Shown one piece after another: positions 26,669 to 35,165 of a DNA stretch of 47,078 nucleotides (within the stretch, counting starts at the first letter, position 1; every line of letters begins with the position of its first letter). The DNA comes from Methanobacteriota archaeon (GTDB taxonomy: Archaea; Methanobacteriota_B; Thermococci; Methanofastidiosales; B48-G16). Under the pieces are notes generated by a model that worked only from the letters and a program-made list of their open reading frames with translations, did not search any database and had not been told where the DNA came from. The translations under genes and the position numbers were made by a program. Location: assembly GCA_034659995.1 (NCBI GenBank), contig JAYEIH010000085.1, positions 1-47,078 on the forward strand, written 5' to 3'.

Positions 26669-27205
26669 TTAAGCACCCTCAACTATGTATATGCCATCCT
26701 GAAATACACGTACGTCCCTTTTAGATATCTTTGTTGCCTGTTCTATATTTGCAGATGTCTGACCTACGTCTTCCTTGTTTATTCCTGTCACTGTCACTGT
26801 ATCCTTTTTTACCTTAACTGCAGTATCTCCAACGATTTTTGCCAAGCGAGGGCTTTTTTCACCAAAAAAATTATTAATAATCACAGCATCTCCTTCAACC
26901 TTCACATTCATAGGAAAATGAGCATAAACAATCTTCAGTGTGTAGGTAAAACCCTTCTCCACGCCTATAATCATATTCATTATATGTCCCTTTGTCGTTC
27001 TCACCATCGCCTTATCTTTTTTTCTCTTGGAGGGGGAGGAAATTATAAGCGTTCCATCCTTCTCTTCAATTGCTACATGTGGATAGGTAAAGGATCTACT
27101 CAGCGTTCCATTTTTACCTTTAGTCTTAATTATATCCCCTTCAAACGTAATTTCCACATCTTCCGGAATGATAATCTCTTCTGTATGTACTACCATAATC
27201 ATCAC
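26669..27205 (-). CDS. rpl6: 50S ribosomal protein uL6
   Basis: [29 protein letters not shown]...; two-domain uL6 length; synteny. Confidence 0.93.
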   Translation of the reverse strand: MMIMVVHTEEIIIPEDVEITFEGDIIKTKGKNGTLSRSFTYPHVAIEEKDGTLIISSPSKRKKDKAMVRTTKGHIMNMIIGVEKGFTYTLKIVYAHFPMNVKVEGDAVIINNFFGEKSPRLAKIVGDTAVKVKKDTVTVTGINKEDVGQTSANIEQATKISKRDVRVFQDGIYIVEGA

Positions 27206-27592
27206 CTAGTATACATAGGCTAGCAGTCTTCCACCTATGCCCTTCTCATACGCATTCCTGTGGCTCATAATCCCCTGTGGGGTCGACACCAACAGGATCC
27301 CAAAGTCTTTTGCAGGGAGATACCTCTTTTCCCATTTTTCAAACTCATCCTTTTTCACAGGCAGATGGGGTTTTATAACATTGCATCTGTTTATATTCCC
27401 TACCAGTTCTATCATAAAAACCCCTGACTTTGAATCATCAATAAACTCAAAAGAGCCTATATAGCCATATTCCTGCATTATTTTTAATATATTCCCAATT
27501 ACCTTTGATGCTGGAACTGTAACCTCTTGCTTCCTAGCAGTTTCGTGATTTGTCATGTTGGAGAGTGCATTTGCTAAAGATTCACTGGACAT
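27206..27592 (-). CDS. rps8: 30S ribosomal protein uS8
   Basis: [48 protein letters not shown]; synteny. Confidence 0.94.
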   Translation of the reverse strand: MSSESLANALSNMTNHETARKQEVTVPASKVIGNILKIMQEYGYIGSFEFIDDSKSGVFMIELVGNINRCNVIKPHLPVKKDEFEKWEKRYLPAKDFGILLVSTPQGIMSHRNAYEKGIGGRLLAYVY

Positions 27593-27601
27593 CCTGACAC
27601 C

Positions 27602-27739
27602 TCATACATATTTTTTAAATCCTAACTTTGGCGCTACCTCTCTAAAGCATCGCCTGCAGAGGTATAATCCGTACCTCCGTATCACAGCCTTGCGACTACC
27701 GCAACGTCGGCATCTTATGCCGGACTTTTTTTTATTCAT
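27602..27739 (-). CDS. rps14: 30S ribosomal protein uS14 (zinc-binding short form), 45 aa, below the ORF-track cutoff
   Basis: Hand translation gives [45 protein letters not shown] with CxxC...CxxC. It lies between uL5 and uS8 as expected, and its start overlaps the uL5 stop by 8 nt. Confidence 0.88.
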   Translation of the reverse strand: MNKKKSGIRCRRCGSRKAVIRRYGLYLCRRCFREVAPKLGFKKYV

Positions 27740-28241
27740 AGACATTCACCTTAAACTTCTCTTTAATAAAGTTTATCCCTTGTTTTTTTGTTATTCTATG
27801 ATCTAAAGATATTTTTCTCTTTTGTATTCTCCTCCTCTTGATCCTGTAGCCCGATCTCTCCAAGGCCACACAAACATCCATTCCAAAGATACCCATCTTA
27901 GGATCGTATTTTACTCCGGGAAAGTCAATATGCTCTTTAATACCAAATGAAAAATTGCCGTACTTATCAAAACTACTCGCCTTTATTTCATTTTCTACGG
28001 CTGCAAATGCGTTTTTCAGGAACTCCTGAGCTTTTTGACCTCTCAAGGTTACCTTTACCGCGATATTTTCGTTTTTTCTGATATCAAAATCTTTATTTGT
28101 CTGTTTCGCCTTTCTTTTTATTGGCTTCTGATCCGTAAGATTCGCCAGGAGCTTCTCTGCTTTTACAAGCATCTCGCCTGCCTCGCCGGTACATATATTA
28201 ATGACTACCTTGTGTATTCTCGGGCTCTCCATCTCGTGCAT
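27732..28241 (-). CDS. rpl5: 50S ribosomal protein uL5
   Basis: [17 protein letters not shown]...[19 protein letters not shown]; synteny. Confidence 0.94.
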   Translation of the reverse strand: MHEMESPRIHKVVINICTGEAGEMLVKAEKLLANLTDQKPIKRKAKQTNKDFDIRKNENIAVKVTLRGQKAQEFLKNAFAAVENEIKASSFDKYGNFSFGIKEHIDFPGVKYDPKMGIFGMDVCVALERSGYRIKRRRIQKRKISLDHRITKKQGINFIKEKFKVNVYE

Positions 28242-28954
28242 CAGATCCCCTCCGGTATGGACACCGATGGCTTTCCTTTGCCGACAACATGCACATAATC
28301 TCTCAATGTTTTGAACATACCGTTTTCACTTTTTAAGAGAACCGTTCCTTGTTCCTCTTCAGCCTCTATAATCCTTCCCATTCTTGAAACATTGCTTCCA
28401 TCCACTGCGAATCCCAACACGCCTTTCTTAAATGGGATATGCTCCTTTATTTCCTTTTTATTCAGATCGTAGAGTATCATGTCATGGACTTTGTGAGTAT
28501 TTTCCCCCAGTACATTTGTTCCATCGTGTAAGTTCAGTTGTACAACTCCACCTTTCAAAATTTTTTTGCCTCGTATACTGAAAATTTTAAGGTCCTTCTC
28601 CTTTTTCTTAATCTTGTGGAGATAAAGCTCTCCTTTTTTATTCGGAAGAACTCTGTAATACTCATTCGCCTTTGGTACCTCTATAATATCCATTATTCCA
28701 ACAGGCCTTCTTTCATCTCTTACCAGTTTGCCATCCAAAAGAACCAGTCCTCTATTCAAAATCGTCTTTGTTTCCTTTCTCGTTCGTGTGTATCCAAGAT
28801 AATCTCTTAAAATAAGTAATATGGGAATCGATTTTAGACCTGAGTGTGGCCCTGGTTTAGTCTTCACTGTCCATGTCTTCTCTTTTCTATGAATTCTCCA
28901 GGTTTTTGGAGCCTTTGATCTTTTCATGCTCTTTCTTTGTCCCAAACGCGTCAT
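28241..28954 (-). CDS. rps4e: 30S ribosomal protein eS4 (S4e)
   Basis: KRSKAPKTWRIHRKEKTWTVKTKPGPHSGLKSIPILLILRDYLGY is the S4e N-terminus. Confidence 0.94.
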   Translation of the reverse strand: MTRLGQRKSMKRSKAPKTWRIHRKEKTWTVKTKPGPHSGLKSIPILLILRDYLGYTRTRKETKTILNRGLVLLDGKLVRDERRPVGIMDIIEVPKANEYYRVLPNKKGELYLHKIKKKEKDLKIFSIRGKKILKGGVVQLNLHDGTNVLGENTHKVHDMILYDLNKKEIKEHIPFKKGVLGFAVDGSNVSRMGRIIEAEEEQGTVLLKSENGMFKTLRDYVHVVGKGKPSVSIPEGI

Positions 28955-29307
28955 ATTCCTCTCCTCTCAATAATTCTTGCTCTTTCATCATCCTTAAGGT
29001 CCAGATCAACTATTTCGATATTAGATGGATGAAAAGGGAGATTCGCCTCTGAACCATCAGTTTTTTCTGTTGTGACATCCTCAATAAACAGCCTGTTTCT
29101 CTTCAGGTCAATCCTCATGATCTCTCCCTCGGAATAGATATAATCGCCTCTCAGCACCCGTACCTTATCTCCCTTCCTTACAGGTAGGTTCTTCACGCCG
29201 TGCTTTTCCTTTAGTTCTTCGGATAATGATGCTGACATAGACTTCTGTTTTTTATGAAGGGAGGCACCAAAATGATTTTTCCTTTGTTTCCTTCTTTTTA
29301 TAGACAT
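28951..29307 (-). CDS. rpl24: 50S ribosomal protein uL24
   Basis: MSIKRRKQRKNHFGASLHKKQKSMSASLSEELKEKHGVKNLPVRKGDKVRVLRGDY has the KOW motif. ATG 29307 is preceded by GAGGATGA and lies after the uL14 stop; the track ORF extends to 29358. Confidence 0.92.
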   Translation of the reverse strand: MSIKRRKQRKNHFGASLHKKQKSMSASLSEELKEKHGVKNLPVRKGDKVRVLRGDYIYSEGEIMRIDLKRNRLFIEDVTTEKTDGSEANLPFHPSNIEIVDLDLKDDERARIIERRGI

Positions 29308-29318
29308 AAAAATCATCC

Positions 29319-29744
29319 TCACAGTATCATACTTGCAATTCCAGATAGTTTTACCCATCTTTCGGCCGCTTCCTTGGCCAGAGGACCTTTTATCTCAGAA
29401 CCTTTGGGCATTCCCTCGGGTGTAACTGCCACTGCCGCATTGTCGTCAAACTTTACTCTCATTCCATCGAGCCTTCTGTATTCCTTTCTCTGCCTTATTA
29501 TAACCGCGTTGATAATTGTCTTTCTTATATCAGGTTTTCCCTTCTTTACCGAGGCCACAACCATGTCACCGACGCCCGCAGAAGCGTATCTCCTTAGAAC
29601 ACCCTTATATCCAATAACAGAAATTATTTCAAGCTCCTTTGCTCCCGTGTTATCAGAGCAGAGCAGCTTTGATCCTGTAATAAGTGGTCTTGTTGGCCTC
29701 ACAGGAGACTTAGCTTTGGTAGCACCAGCTCCCTTTTTTGCCAT
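29319..29744 (-). CDS. rpl14: 50S ribosomal protein uL14
   Basis: ...[24 protein letters not shown]...[17 protein letters not shown]; synteny. Confidence 0.95.
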   Translation of the reverse strand: MAKKGAGATKAKSPVRPTRPLITGSKLLCSDNTGAKELEIISVIGYKGVLRRYASAGVGDMVVASVKKGKPDIRKTIINAVIIRQRKEYRRLDGMRVKFDDNAAVAVTPEGMPKGSEIKGPLAKEAAERWVKLSGIASMIL

Positions 29745-30034
29745 TAAAGCACCTCAACTATAACAAAGCTCTTTGTTTTGCTTATTGGTCTGCACTTAGA
29801 AATTTTCACAGTGTCTCCTACCTTTGCATTGATACATGATGGATTATGAACGGTAATTCTTGAAGATTTCCTCGCGAATCTTTCATACTTCGGGAAAGCT
29901 TCTAAAAATTCTCTTTCTACCACTACACTTTTACGCATCTTATCGCTTACCACGACACATTCAATTTCTCTTTCTCGAGTTTTCAGGGTCCCGTGAAAAG
30001 GACAGTTCTTATCCTCACATTCCATTCGTCTCAC
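29744..30034 (-). CDS. rps17: 30S ribosomal protein uS17
   Basis: [37 protein letters not shown]...[30 protein letters not shown]. Confidence 0.94.
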   Translation of the reverse strand: MRRMECEDKNCPFHGTLKTREREIECVVVSDKMRKSVVVEREFLEAFPKYERFARKSSRITVHNPSCINAKVGDTVKISKCRPISKTKSFVIVEVL

Positions 30035-30249
30035 CGTTTTATTCTATTTTCAGGTTTTCCTACTATTTTTTTCCCATTTACTACAGTTCCGTCCAGCTTG
30101 ATGATAACGTTTTTCTTTATAAGTTTTTTTCCTGTGTCAAGGACCAGCATATTTTTCGTCTCATCAACCACAACGCCACTGATGCCAATATACGCTCTAT
30201 TTGTACTTTTTATTACTGTGATATCCCTGCCAATAATCTCTCTTCTCAT
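30031..30249 (-). CDS. rnp1: RNase P protein component 1 (Rpp29/Pop4 homologue)
   Basis: IIGRDITVIKSTNRAYIGISGVVVDETKNMLVLDTGKK has the Sm-like Rpp29 core. It sits in the conserved slot between uL29/SUI1 and uS17. Confidence 0.85.
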   Translation of the reverse strand: MRREIIGRDITVIKSTNRAYIGISGVVVDETKNMLVLDTGKKLIKKNVIIKLDGTVVNGKKIVGKPENRIKR

Positions 30250-30548
30250 GTAATCATATCTTCATTGTACCCCATATCGATCAGTATCTTCTTTACCTTC
30301 TCAATCTGATTGCCCTGCAACTCAACCGTTCCATTTTTCACTGTTCCACCGCAGGCGCATTTTGACTTCAGCGTTGTAGACAGCTCATTGAGTTCTATAT
30401 CGCTGCTGCTAATCCCTTTTATGACGGTCATCAACTTTCCAAATCTTCTTCTTGAGGTATAGATCCGTATTTTCTGCTCCGGTTTGGCAATCTCCTCGCA
30501 GACACAGAGTTCCTTGGGCAATCCACATTTAGGACATATTTCAGACAT
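30246..30548 (-). CDS. sui1: Translation initiation factor aIF1 (SUI1 family)
   Basis: MSEICPKCGLPKELCVCEEIAKPEQKIRIYTSRRRFGKLMTVIKGI...LKSKCACGGTVKNGTVELQGNQ. Confidence 0.9.
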   Translation of the reverse strand: MSEICPKCGLPKELCVCEEIAKPEQKIRIYTSRRRFGKLMTVIKGISSSDIELNELSTTLKSKCACGGTVKNGTVELQGNQIEKVKKILIDMGYNEDMIT

Positions 30549-30754
30549 TACCCACTCCTCTCTGTTTCGGCTATTATAGTTTTCATTCTTGCTATCGTTC
30601 TCCTCAGTTCTCCGATCTTCCCCGGGTTTTCCGGTGCACTGCCCAGAGCAAGCATAGCCTTCTCTCTGGAGAACTCAGATTTAAACTCATCGAGTCTTTC
30701 ATACATCTCATTTATATTCATTTCTCTTATTTCTTCCTTTCTTAATATAGCCAT
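30548..30754 (-). CDS. rpl29: 50S ribosomal protein uL29
   Basis: MAILRKEEIREMNINEMYERLDEFKSEFSREKA...; synteny. Confidence 0.93.
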   Translation of the reverse strand: MAILRKEEIREMNINEMYERLDEFKSEFSREKAMLALGSAPENPGKIGELRRTIARMKTIIAETERSG

Positions 30755-30755
30755 C

Positions 30756-31436
30756 TTACTCCTCCTTGGCCTTTTTAACTTTTTTACCTTTTTTTTCGAC
30801 TTCCTCTTTTTCTTCTTCTTTTTCTACTTCTATATCTTCTTTTTGTTCAATAATATGGATCTCATCAGGTAAGGTAACATCTGGGGGCATTATTTTAACG
30901 GTAACACCCAGAATGCCGAGTTTCACACGGGCTGCTGCATAGCCATGGTCCACAAGTTTCAGCGCGGGATCGCCACATTTTTTAAGATAACCCTTTGTAA
31001 ACTTTACGGTTCGCGATCTCTGCCCTGTAAGTTTACCTGAAAGTACTAACTCCGCACCTTTGGCTCCGGAATCCATTATCCTTCTCAAAAGTTTATACGC
31101 TGTTCTCCTATAATGATAGCCTCTCTCAAGCTCAGAAGCAGTACTGTGTGCCATAATATGAGCATTTAGATCGGGCTTCTTGACTTCTTCCACTTCTATT
31201 TGCGGATTATCGATAGAAAATTTTTTTTCGAGATCTCGTGTCAGTTTTCTTACCGATCTTCCCTTCCTACCAATGGCCAGACCGGGAGTTTCTACATGCA
31301 CAATTATTCTCGTTCCCAGAGGACCTCTTTTTATCTGTACTCCTCCATATCCAGCTCTTTCCAGATTTTTTGCTAGATATTCACTGATGGAGGTATTTTC
31401 AAGGTTTTCCTCTATAATCTTTCTTTCAAGTACCAT
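30756..31436 (-). CDS. rps3: 30S ribosomal protein uS3 (K/E-rich tail)
   Basis: FIEENLENTSISEYLAKNLERAGYGGVQIKRGPLGTRIIVHVETPGLAIGRKG contains the KH domain. Confidence 0.95.
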   Translation of the reverse strand: MVLERKIIEENLENTSISEYLAKNLERAGYGGVQIKRGPLGTRIIVHVETPGLAIGRKGRSVRKLTRDLEKKFSIDNPQIEVEEVKKPDLNAHIMAHSTASELERGYHYRRTAYKLLRRIMDSGAKGAELVLSGKLTGQRSRTVKFTKGYLKKCGDPALKLVDHGYAAARVKLGILGVTVKIMPPDVTLPDEIHIIEQKEDIEVEKEEEKEEVEKKGKKVKKAKEE

Positions 31437-31888
31437 TACATTTCCTCCACTGCGATCTCTATATTCGTTGTATTCTTGTTGGACGGCGTTGCTCTTCCAT
31501 AAGCCCTAGGGATCATTCCCGGAATGATAATGCCTTTGTAAGCAGAGATGTGAATTATTTTCAGTTTGTCAGTATCCAGCCCCTTGTACTCCGCATTTGA
31601 TTCCACTTCCTCGAGCAGATCTAAGATCTTTTTAGAAGCCTTTACAGGATACCTTCCAGTATCCCATTTGTCCAATTTTTTATGACCCATCTTTCTTCTA
31701 TGTCTCTTAAAGGGTACGGCTCTCTTCTTTTCAATTACGTCCTGCAGATATCCTTTTACATCACTCAGTTTCCTCTCTCGGATCTCTCTACAGATTTCCA
31801 TAGCGTGTTTTGGAGATATCCGTAAGTTTTTCCCAAAAGTTTTTGCAATTTTCAGCTCATCCTCAAATGCAATAGAATATCCCATCAT
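31436..31888 (-). CDS. rpl22: 50S ribosomal protein uL22
   Basis: AKTFGKNLRISPKHAMEICREIRERKLSDVKGYLQDVIEKKRAVPFKRH. Confidence 0.94.
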   Translation of the reverse strand: MMGYSIAFEDELKIAKTFGKNLRISPKHAMEICREIRERKLSDVKGYLQDVIEKKRAVPFKRHRRKMGHKKLDKWDTGRYPVKASKKILDLLEEVESNAEYKGLDTDKLKIIHISAYKGIIIPGMIPRAYGRATPSNKNTTNIEIAVEEM

Positions 31889-31889
31889 A

Positions 31890-32288
31890 TCACCTCAACG
31901 GTACATACATCGATGTCTTTGTAGCTCCTACACCTGGGGACGAGTGTTTAACCCTCGTTCTTGTCAGCGCAAACTCACCGAGATAATGTCCTATCATTCT
32001 GGGGGGTATTGTAACGGTCTCAAATCCATTGCCCTTGTGTATGGCTATCTTGAGTCCTACCATCTCGGGCAGAATTATCATGTCTCTGGAGTGTGTTCTG
32101 ATGATAACATCACCTGATGTTTCTTTGACAGTTTTTATTCTCTTCAAAAGCTTTTTTTGCTGCTCTGAGAACCCTCTTTTCAATGATCTTCTTTTTCTTG
32201 CGGGAAGTAAAGTTATAAACTTATCCATCGCCATCTCTTCAAGTTCTTCCATTGAATACCCTCTGTACATAAACTCCTTTTTAGCCAT
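31890..32288 (-). CDS. rps19: 30S ribosomal protein uS19
   Basis: ...IIRTHSRDMIILPEMVGLKIAIHKGNGFETVTIPPRMIGHYLGEFALTR. Confidence 0.95.
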   Translation of the reverse strand: MAKKEFMYRGYSMEELEEMAMDKFITLLPARKRRSLKRGFSEQQKKLLKRIKTVKETSGDVIIRTHSRDMIILPEMVGLKIAIHKGNGFETVTIPPRMIGHYLGEFALTRTRVKHSSPGVGATKTSMYVPLR

Positions 32289-32289
32289 T

Positions 32290-32997
32290 CTATCTCCTCT
32301 TTCCTGTTCTTCGTGCAGATATAAGCCCTACTTTTCTTCCCGGGGGTCTATCCCTGGAAACGGTACTAGGTCTTCCAACATGCTGATGTCCACCGCCGCC
32401 AAAGGGGTGATCAACCACATTCATAGCCACGCCGGAAACTCTGAAAAATTTTCCTGCCTTACTTTTATACGCATGATACCGTTTACCAGCTTTAATAGTG
32501 GGCTTCTCTTTCCTTCCTCCTCCTGCTACAACTCCTATAGTGGCGCTACAGTTAGATTTAAATGGTTTTATCACTCCTGAAGGAAGCTGAACATTACATT
32601 TGTCGCCTTCTTTCGATAAAAGCGTAGCAAATCCTCCTGACGATCGTATAAGCTTGCCCCCATCTCCTGGAATAATCTCAATATTATGAAGGTATGTTCC
32701 TTCCGGTATATTTTTAAGAGGGAGTCTATTCCCCCTCCTTATTGGTGCATCCTCCCCTATCGTTATCTTTTGACCTGTTTTTATTGATTCAGGGGCTAAG
32801 ATAATTCCTTTCCCCTCATTCTCAAACCTTATTTTTGCCAAAGGTGCAGTTCTTACCGGATCAAAGAAGATATCAATAACTTCGCCCCGCAACGTTTTAT
32901 CTGTTCGGGGGTACTCAGTTTTATACTTATATTTGTGAGAGGGCGCTTTATAGATATCGCTGCGTCCTTTTCTCTGAGATCGTATTCTATGAGCCAT
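32290..32997 (-). CDS. rpl2: 50S ribosomal protein uL2
   Basis: ...GVAMNVVDHPFGGGGHQHVGRPSTVSRDRPPGRKVG is the uL2 signature. Confidence 0.96.
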   Translation of the reverse strand: MAHRIRSQRKGRSDIYKAPSHKYKYKTEYPRTDKTLRGEVIDIFFDPVRTAPLAKIRFENEGKGIILAPESIKTGQKITIGEDAPIRRGNRLPLKNIPEGTYLHNIEIIPGDGGKLIRSSGGFATLLSKEGDKCNVQLPSGVIKPFKSNCSATIGVVAGGGRKEKPTIKAGKRYHAYKSKAGKFFRVSGVAMNVVDHPFGGGGHQHVGRPSTVSRDRPPGRKVGLISARRTGKRR

Positions 32998-33258
32998 TTA
33001 GAACACCCCTATCTTTGTAGCGACTTCATCCGCAAGGTATTCCTCTTTTAGCCGCACATATACTTTTTTTTGTCCATTAGGAAGAACCATTGTATTTATG
33101 CTGGCTACCTCTACCTCATATAACACCTCAATAGCTCGTTTAATCGCCGGTTTTTCAGCAGTTCTTCTCACAGCAAACACAAGTTTGTTCTCTTCTTCCA
33201 TCATTGTAACATTTTTTTCTGTAATAAGAGGATACATAAGGATGTCATGTGGATCCAT
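32998..33258 (-). CDS. rpl23: 50S ribosomal protein uL23
   Basis: MDPHDILMYPLITEKNVTMMEEENKLVFAVRRTAEKPAIKRAIE. Confidence 0.94.
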   Translation of the reverse strand: MDPHDILMYPLITEKNVTMMEEENKLVFAVRRTAEKPAIKRAIEVLYEVEVASINTMVLPNGQKKVYVRLKEEYLADEVATKIGVF

Positions 33259-34032
33259 TTAGACACCTCCAAAAAGAGAGTTAAGTTCTTCAATCGCGGA
33301 CTTTGTCCAGATTGTGAGACGTCCGGGCCGTGCTCCTGGAGCAAGATCCTCTGCCCCGAGATTCTTTACCCTAATGATATCGACACCCGGATGATTTCTC
33401 GCACCGTAAACAATTCCCATATCCTTTGATATAACTATTAAAGGGCCTTTTTTTCTTTTATACTTCCTTCCTCTCATTTTCCCCTTGCCTGAACGTATCT
33501 TTTTCTTTTTTGCCCTTAAGATATCTTTCCAAACGCCCAATTTTTTGAATATCTCCCTCGTTTCTGCCGTTCTCTTCACCTTTTCAAACTCATCCTCGAC
33601 AACAATGGGGAACTGATCGGTACCGTTTACTTTGTGGCCTCTATCAATAACAGCCTCTTTGATTGAGGTAAAGGCTATTGCAGAGGCTATGGCAAGTTTT
33701 CTCTCCTTGTTATTTATCTTTTCCTTGTATACCTTTTCAACGCGTGGGGGAAAAGCCTTTCTTCCACCGACGACATTGGTTGCGAAGGCTGCTCTCCTTG
33801 GACCTGATTTCATCCTCGGTACACGGGATATTCCCCTGTTCTTTCCGGGCGACTCTGCAGATGTCCTTTTTCCCGCCTTCACAGATGAACCATACGGCTG
33901 GAGTCTATGAGTAATACTTGCCAGAACAGCCCTTTTTATCAAATCTTCCCGTTTAACAGTTTTAAAAACATTGGGGAGCTCAATCTCATCGACGACCTCC
34001 CCCTCTAAAGAATAAACATTAATTTCAGACAT
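33259..34032 (-). CDS. rpl4: 50S ribosomal protein uL4
   Basis: ...[32 protein letters not shown]...GGRKAFPP; synteny. Confidence 0.94.
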   Translation of the reverse strand: MSEINVYSLEGEVVDEIELPNVFKTVKREDLIKRAVLASITHRLQPYGSSVKAGKRTSAESPGKNRGISRVPRMKSGPRRAAFATNVVGGRKAFPPRVEKVYKEKINNKERKLAIASAIAFTSIKEAVIDRGHKVNGTDQFPIVVEDEFEKVKRTAETREIFKKLGVWKDILRAKKKKIRSGKGKMRGRKYKRKKGPLIVISKDMGIVYGARNHPGVDIIRVKNLGAEDLAPGARPGRLTIWTKSAIEELNSLFGGV

Positions 34033-35004
34033 TTACACACCTTGTTGAGATTCTGTAGATATGTATGTTATATTCGGAGCCTCTTTTGGAGCATGAACGG
34101 GCTTTCGTACTCCTTCTCTCATCCTGATTAACCGTCTCTTGCTGCCCGGAACGCTTCCCTTCACAACGGCACACTCATTCTTCAAAACTCCGTAATTCAA
34201 AAAACCCCCTTCCGGTGTTACTTCCTCAGAACTGACCTTTAAAATCCGTTTATTATACTCTGTTCTCTTGCTATATCCCATCTGGCCTGCCATGGGCACA
34301 GTCCACATGGTTTTTCTCGGTTTCCATGGGCCTATACTGCCTACATGTCTCTGCGCATCGTTCGTTTTTCTACTCTGAATCTTCACACCCCATCGTTTTA
34401 CCTGTCCCTGAAATCCTTTACCTTTTGTAATAGCTATCACATCAATATAATCCCCGTCATCAAAAACGTCTTTAATACTAACTTCTTTCCCTAAAACATC
34501 CATACAATACTTTTTCTTTTCTTCTACGCTCTTTCCACCTACACCTATTTCCAATATCTCAGGTTTCTTTTTGATTCCTGTTCTTTGGGGTATCGTTACT
34601 GCTATAACTCGTATATCATCAGCATCCAATGTGTCAATGTCAATCTCTTTTTTTTTCTTGGGAATGCCGATCTTCCGTTCCATGCTCTCTGTCGGTTCAG
34701 TCCATACCTCTGTCAGTGCCGTTCCATCTTTATAAAATCTCACGCCGGCAATGTATACAGGTGGAGTCTCCACCACTGTCACAGGGATCTGAAGTTCCTT
34801 TCCCTTTGTAATCGCATGTTTTCTATCATCTACTTTAAACACGTGTGTCATTCCAGCTTTGTATCCTGGAAAATCCAAAAGTTTGCATTTTTCAATATTC
34901 GGCCAACTACGTATTCTTGGATAAATCCTCTTTGCCCTTTTTCTTGGGCTATACGCAAGTGATCCTCTTCGAGGTCTATGGCCTTTTCCACTAGATGTAC
35001 CCAT
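34033..35004 (-). CDS. rpl3: 50S ribosomal protein uL3
   Basis: HRPRRGSLAYSPRKRAKRIYPRIRSWP...FPGYKAGMTHV...KGKGFQGQVKRWGV. It is the first gene of the block and is preceded by a GGAGGT Shine-Dalgarno. Confidence 0.95.
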   Translation of the reverse strand: MGTSSGKGHRPRRGSLAYSPRKRAKRIYPRIRSWPNIEKCKLLDFPGYKAGMTHVFKVDDRKHAITKGKELQIPVTVVETPPVYIAGVRFYKDGTALTEVWTEPTESMERKIGIPKKKKEIDIDTLDADDIRVIAVTIPQRTGIKKKPEILEIGVGGKSVEEKKKYCMDVLGKEVSIKDVFDDGDYIDVIAITKGKGFQGQVKRWGVKIQSRKTNDAQRHVGSIGPWKPRKTMWTVPMAGQMGYSKRTEYNKRILKVSSEEVTPEGGFLNYGVLKNECAVVKGSVPGSKRRLIRMREGVRKPVHAPKEAPNITYISTESQQGV

Positions 35005-35036
35005 AACGCTAACCTCCGTTAATCTGGAAAAATGGA

Positions 35037-35061
35037 GAATGATGCCTTTATTACATCATTC
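35037..35061 (-). promoter_or_regulatory. 8-bp perfect hairpin (GAATGATG / CATCATTC, 9-nt loop) in the uL3 leader
   Basis: It lies 33-57 nt upstream of the uL3 ATG (35004) and downstream of TATA-like GGTTTATAAAG / GATATTTAAAG boxes at about 35120-35165 on the minus strand. Function not established. Confidence 0.3.
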
Positions 35062-35165
35062 TTGTATAATCCAATGTATTAGCTTCATATGCTTCTTATT
35101 TACTCAGCCAATTTACCCTTTTCATAAGGGCTTTAAATATCTTTCGTTTATCTCTCTTTATAAAC

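Noticed and set aside
26594-27223. 209-aa plus-strand ORF. Similar long antisense ORFs lie at 29254-29763, 32029-32580, 36150-36752, 7956-8477 and 37745-38152.
   Set aside because: All lie opposite well-supported genes (uL6, uL14/uL24, uS19/uL2, FKBP, cdc48, purA). They have skewed, repetitive composition and are shadow ORFs favoured by AT-rich codon usage.
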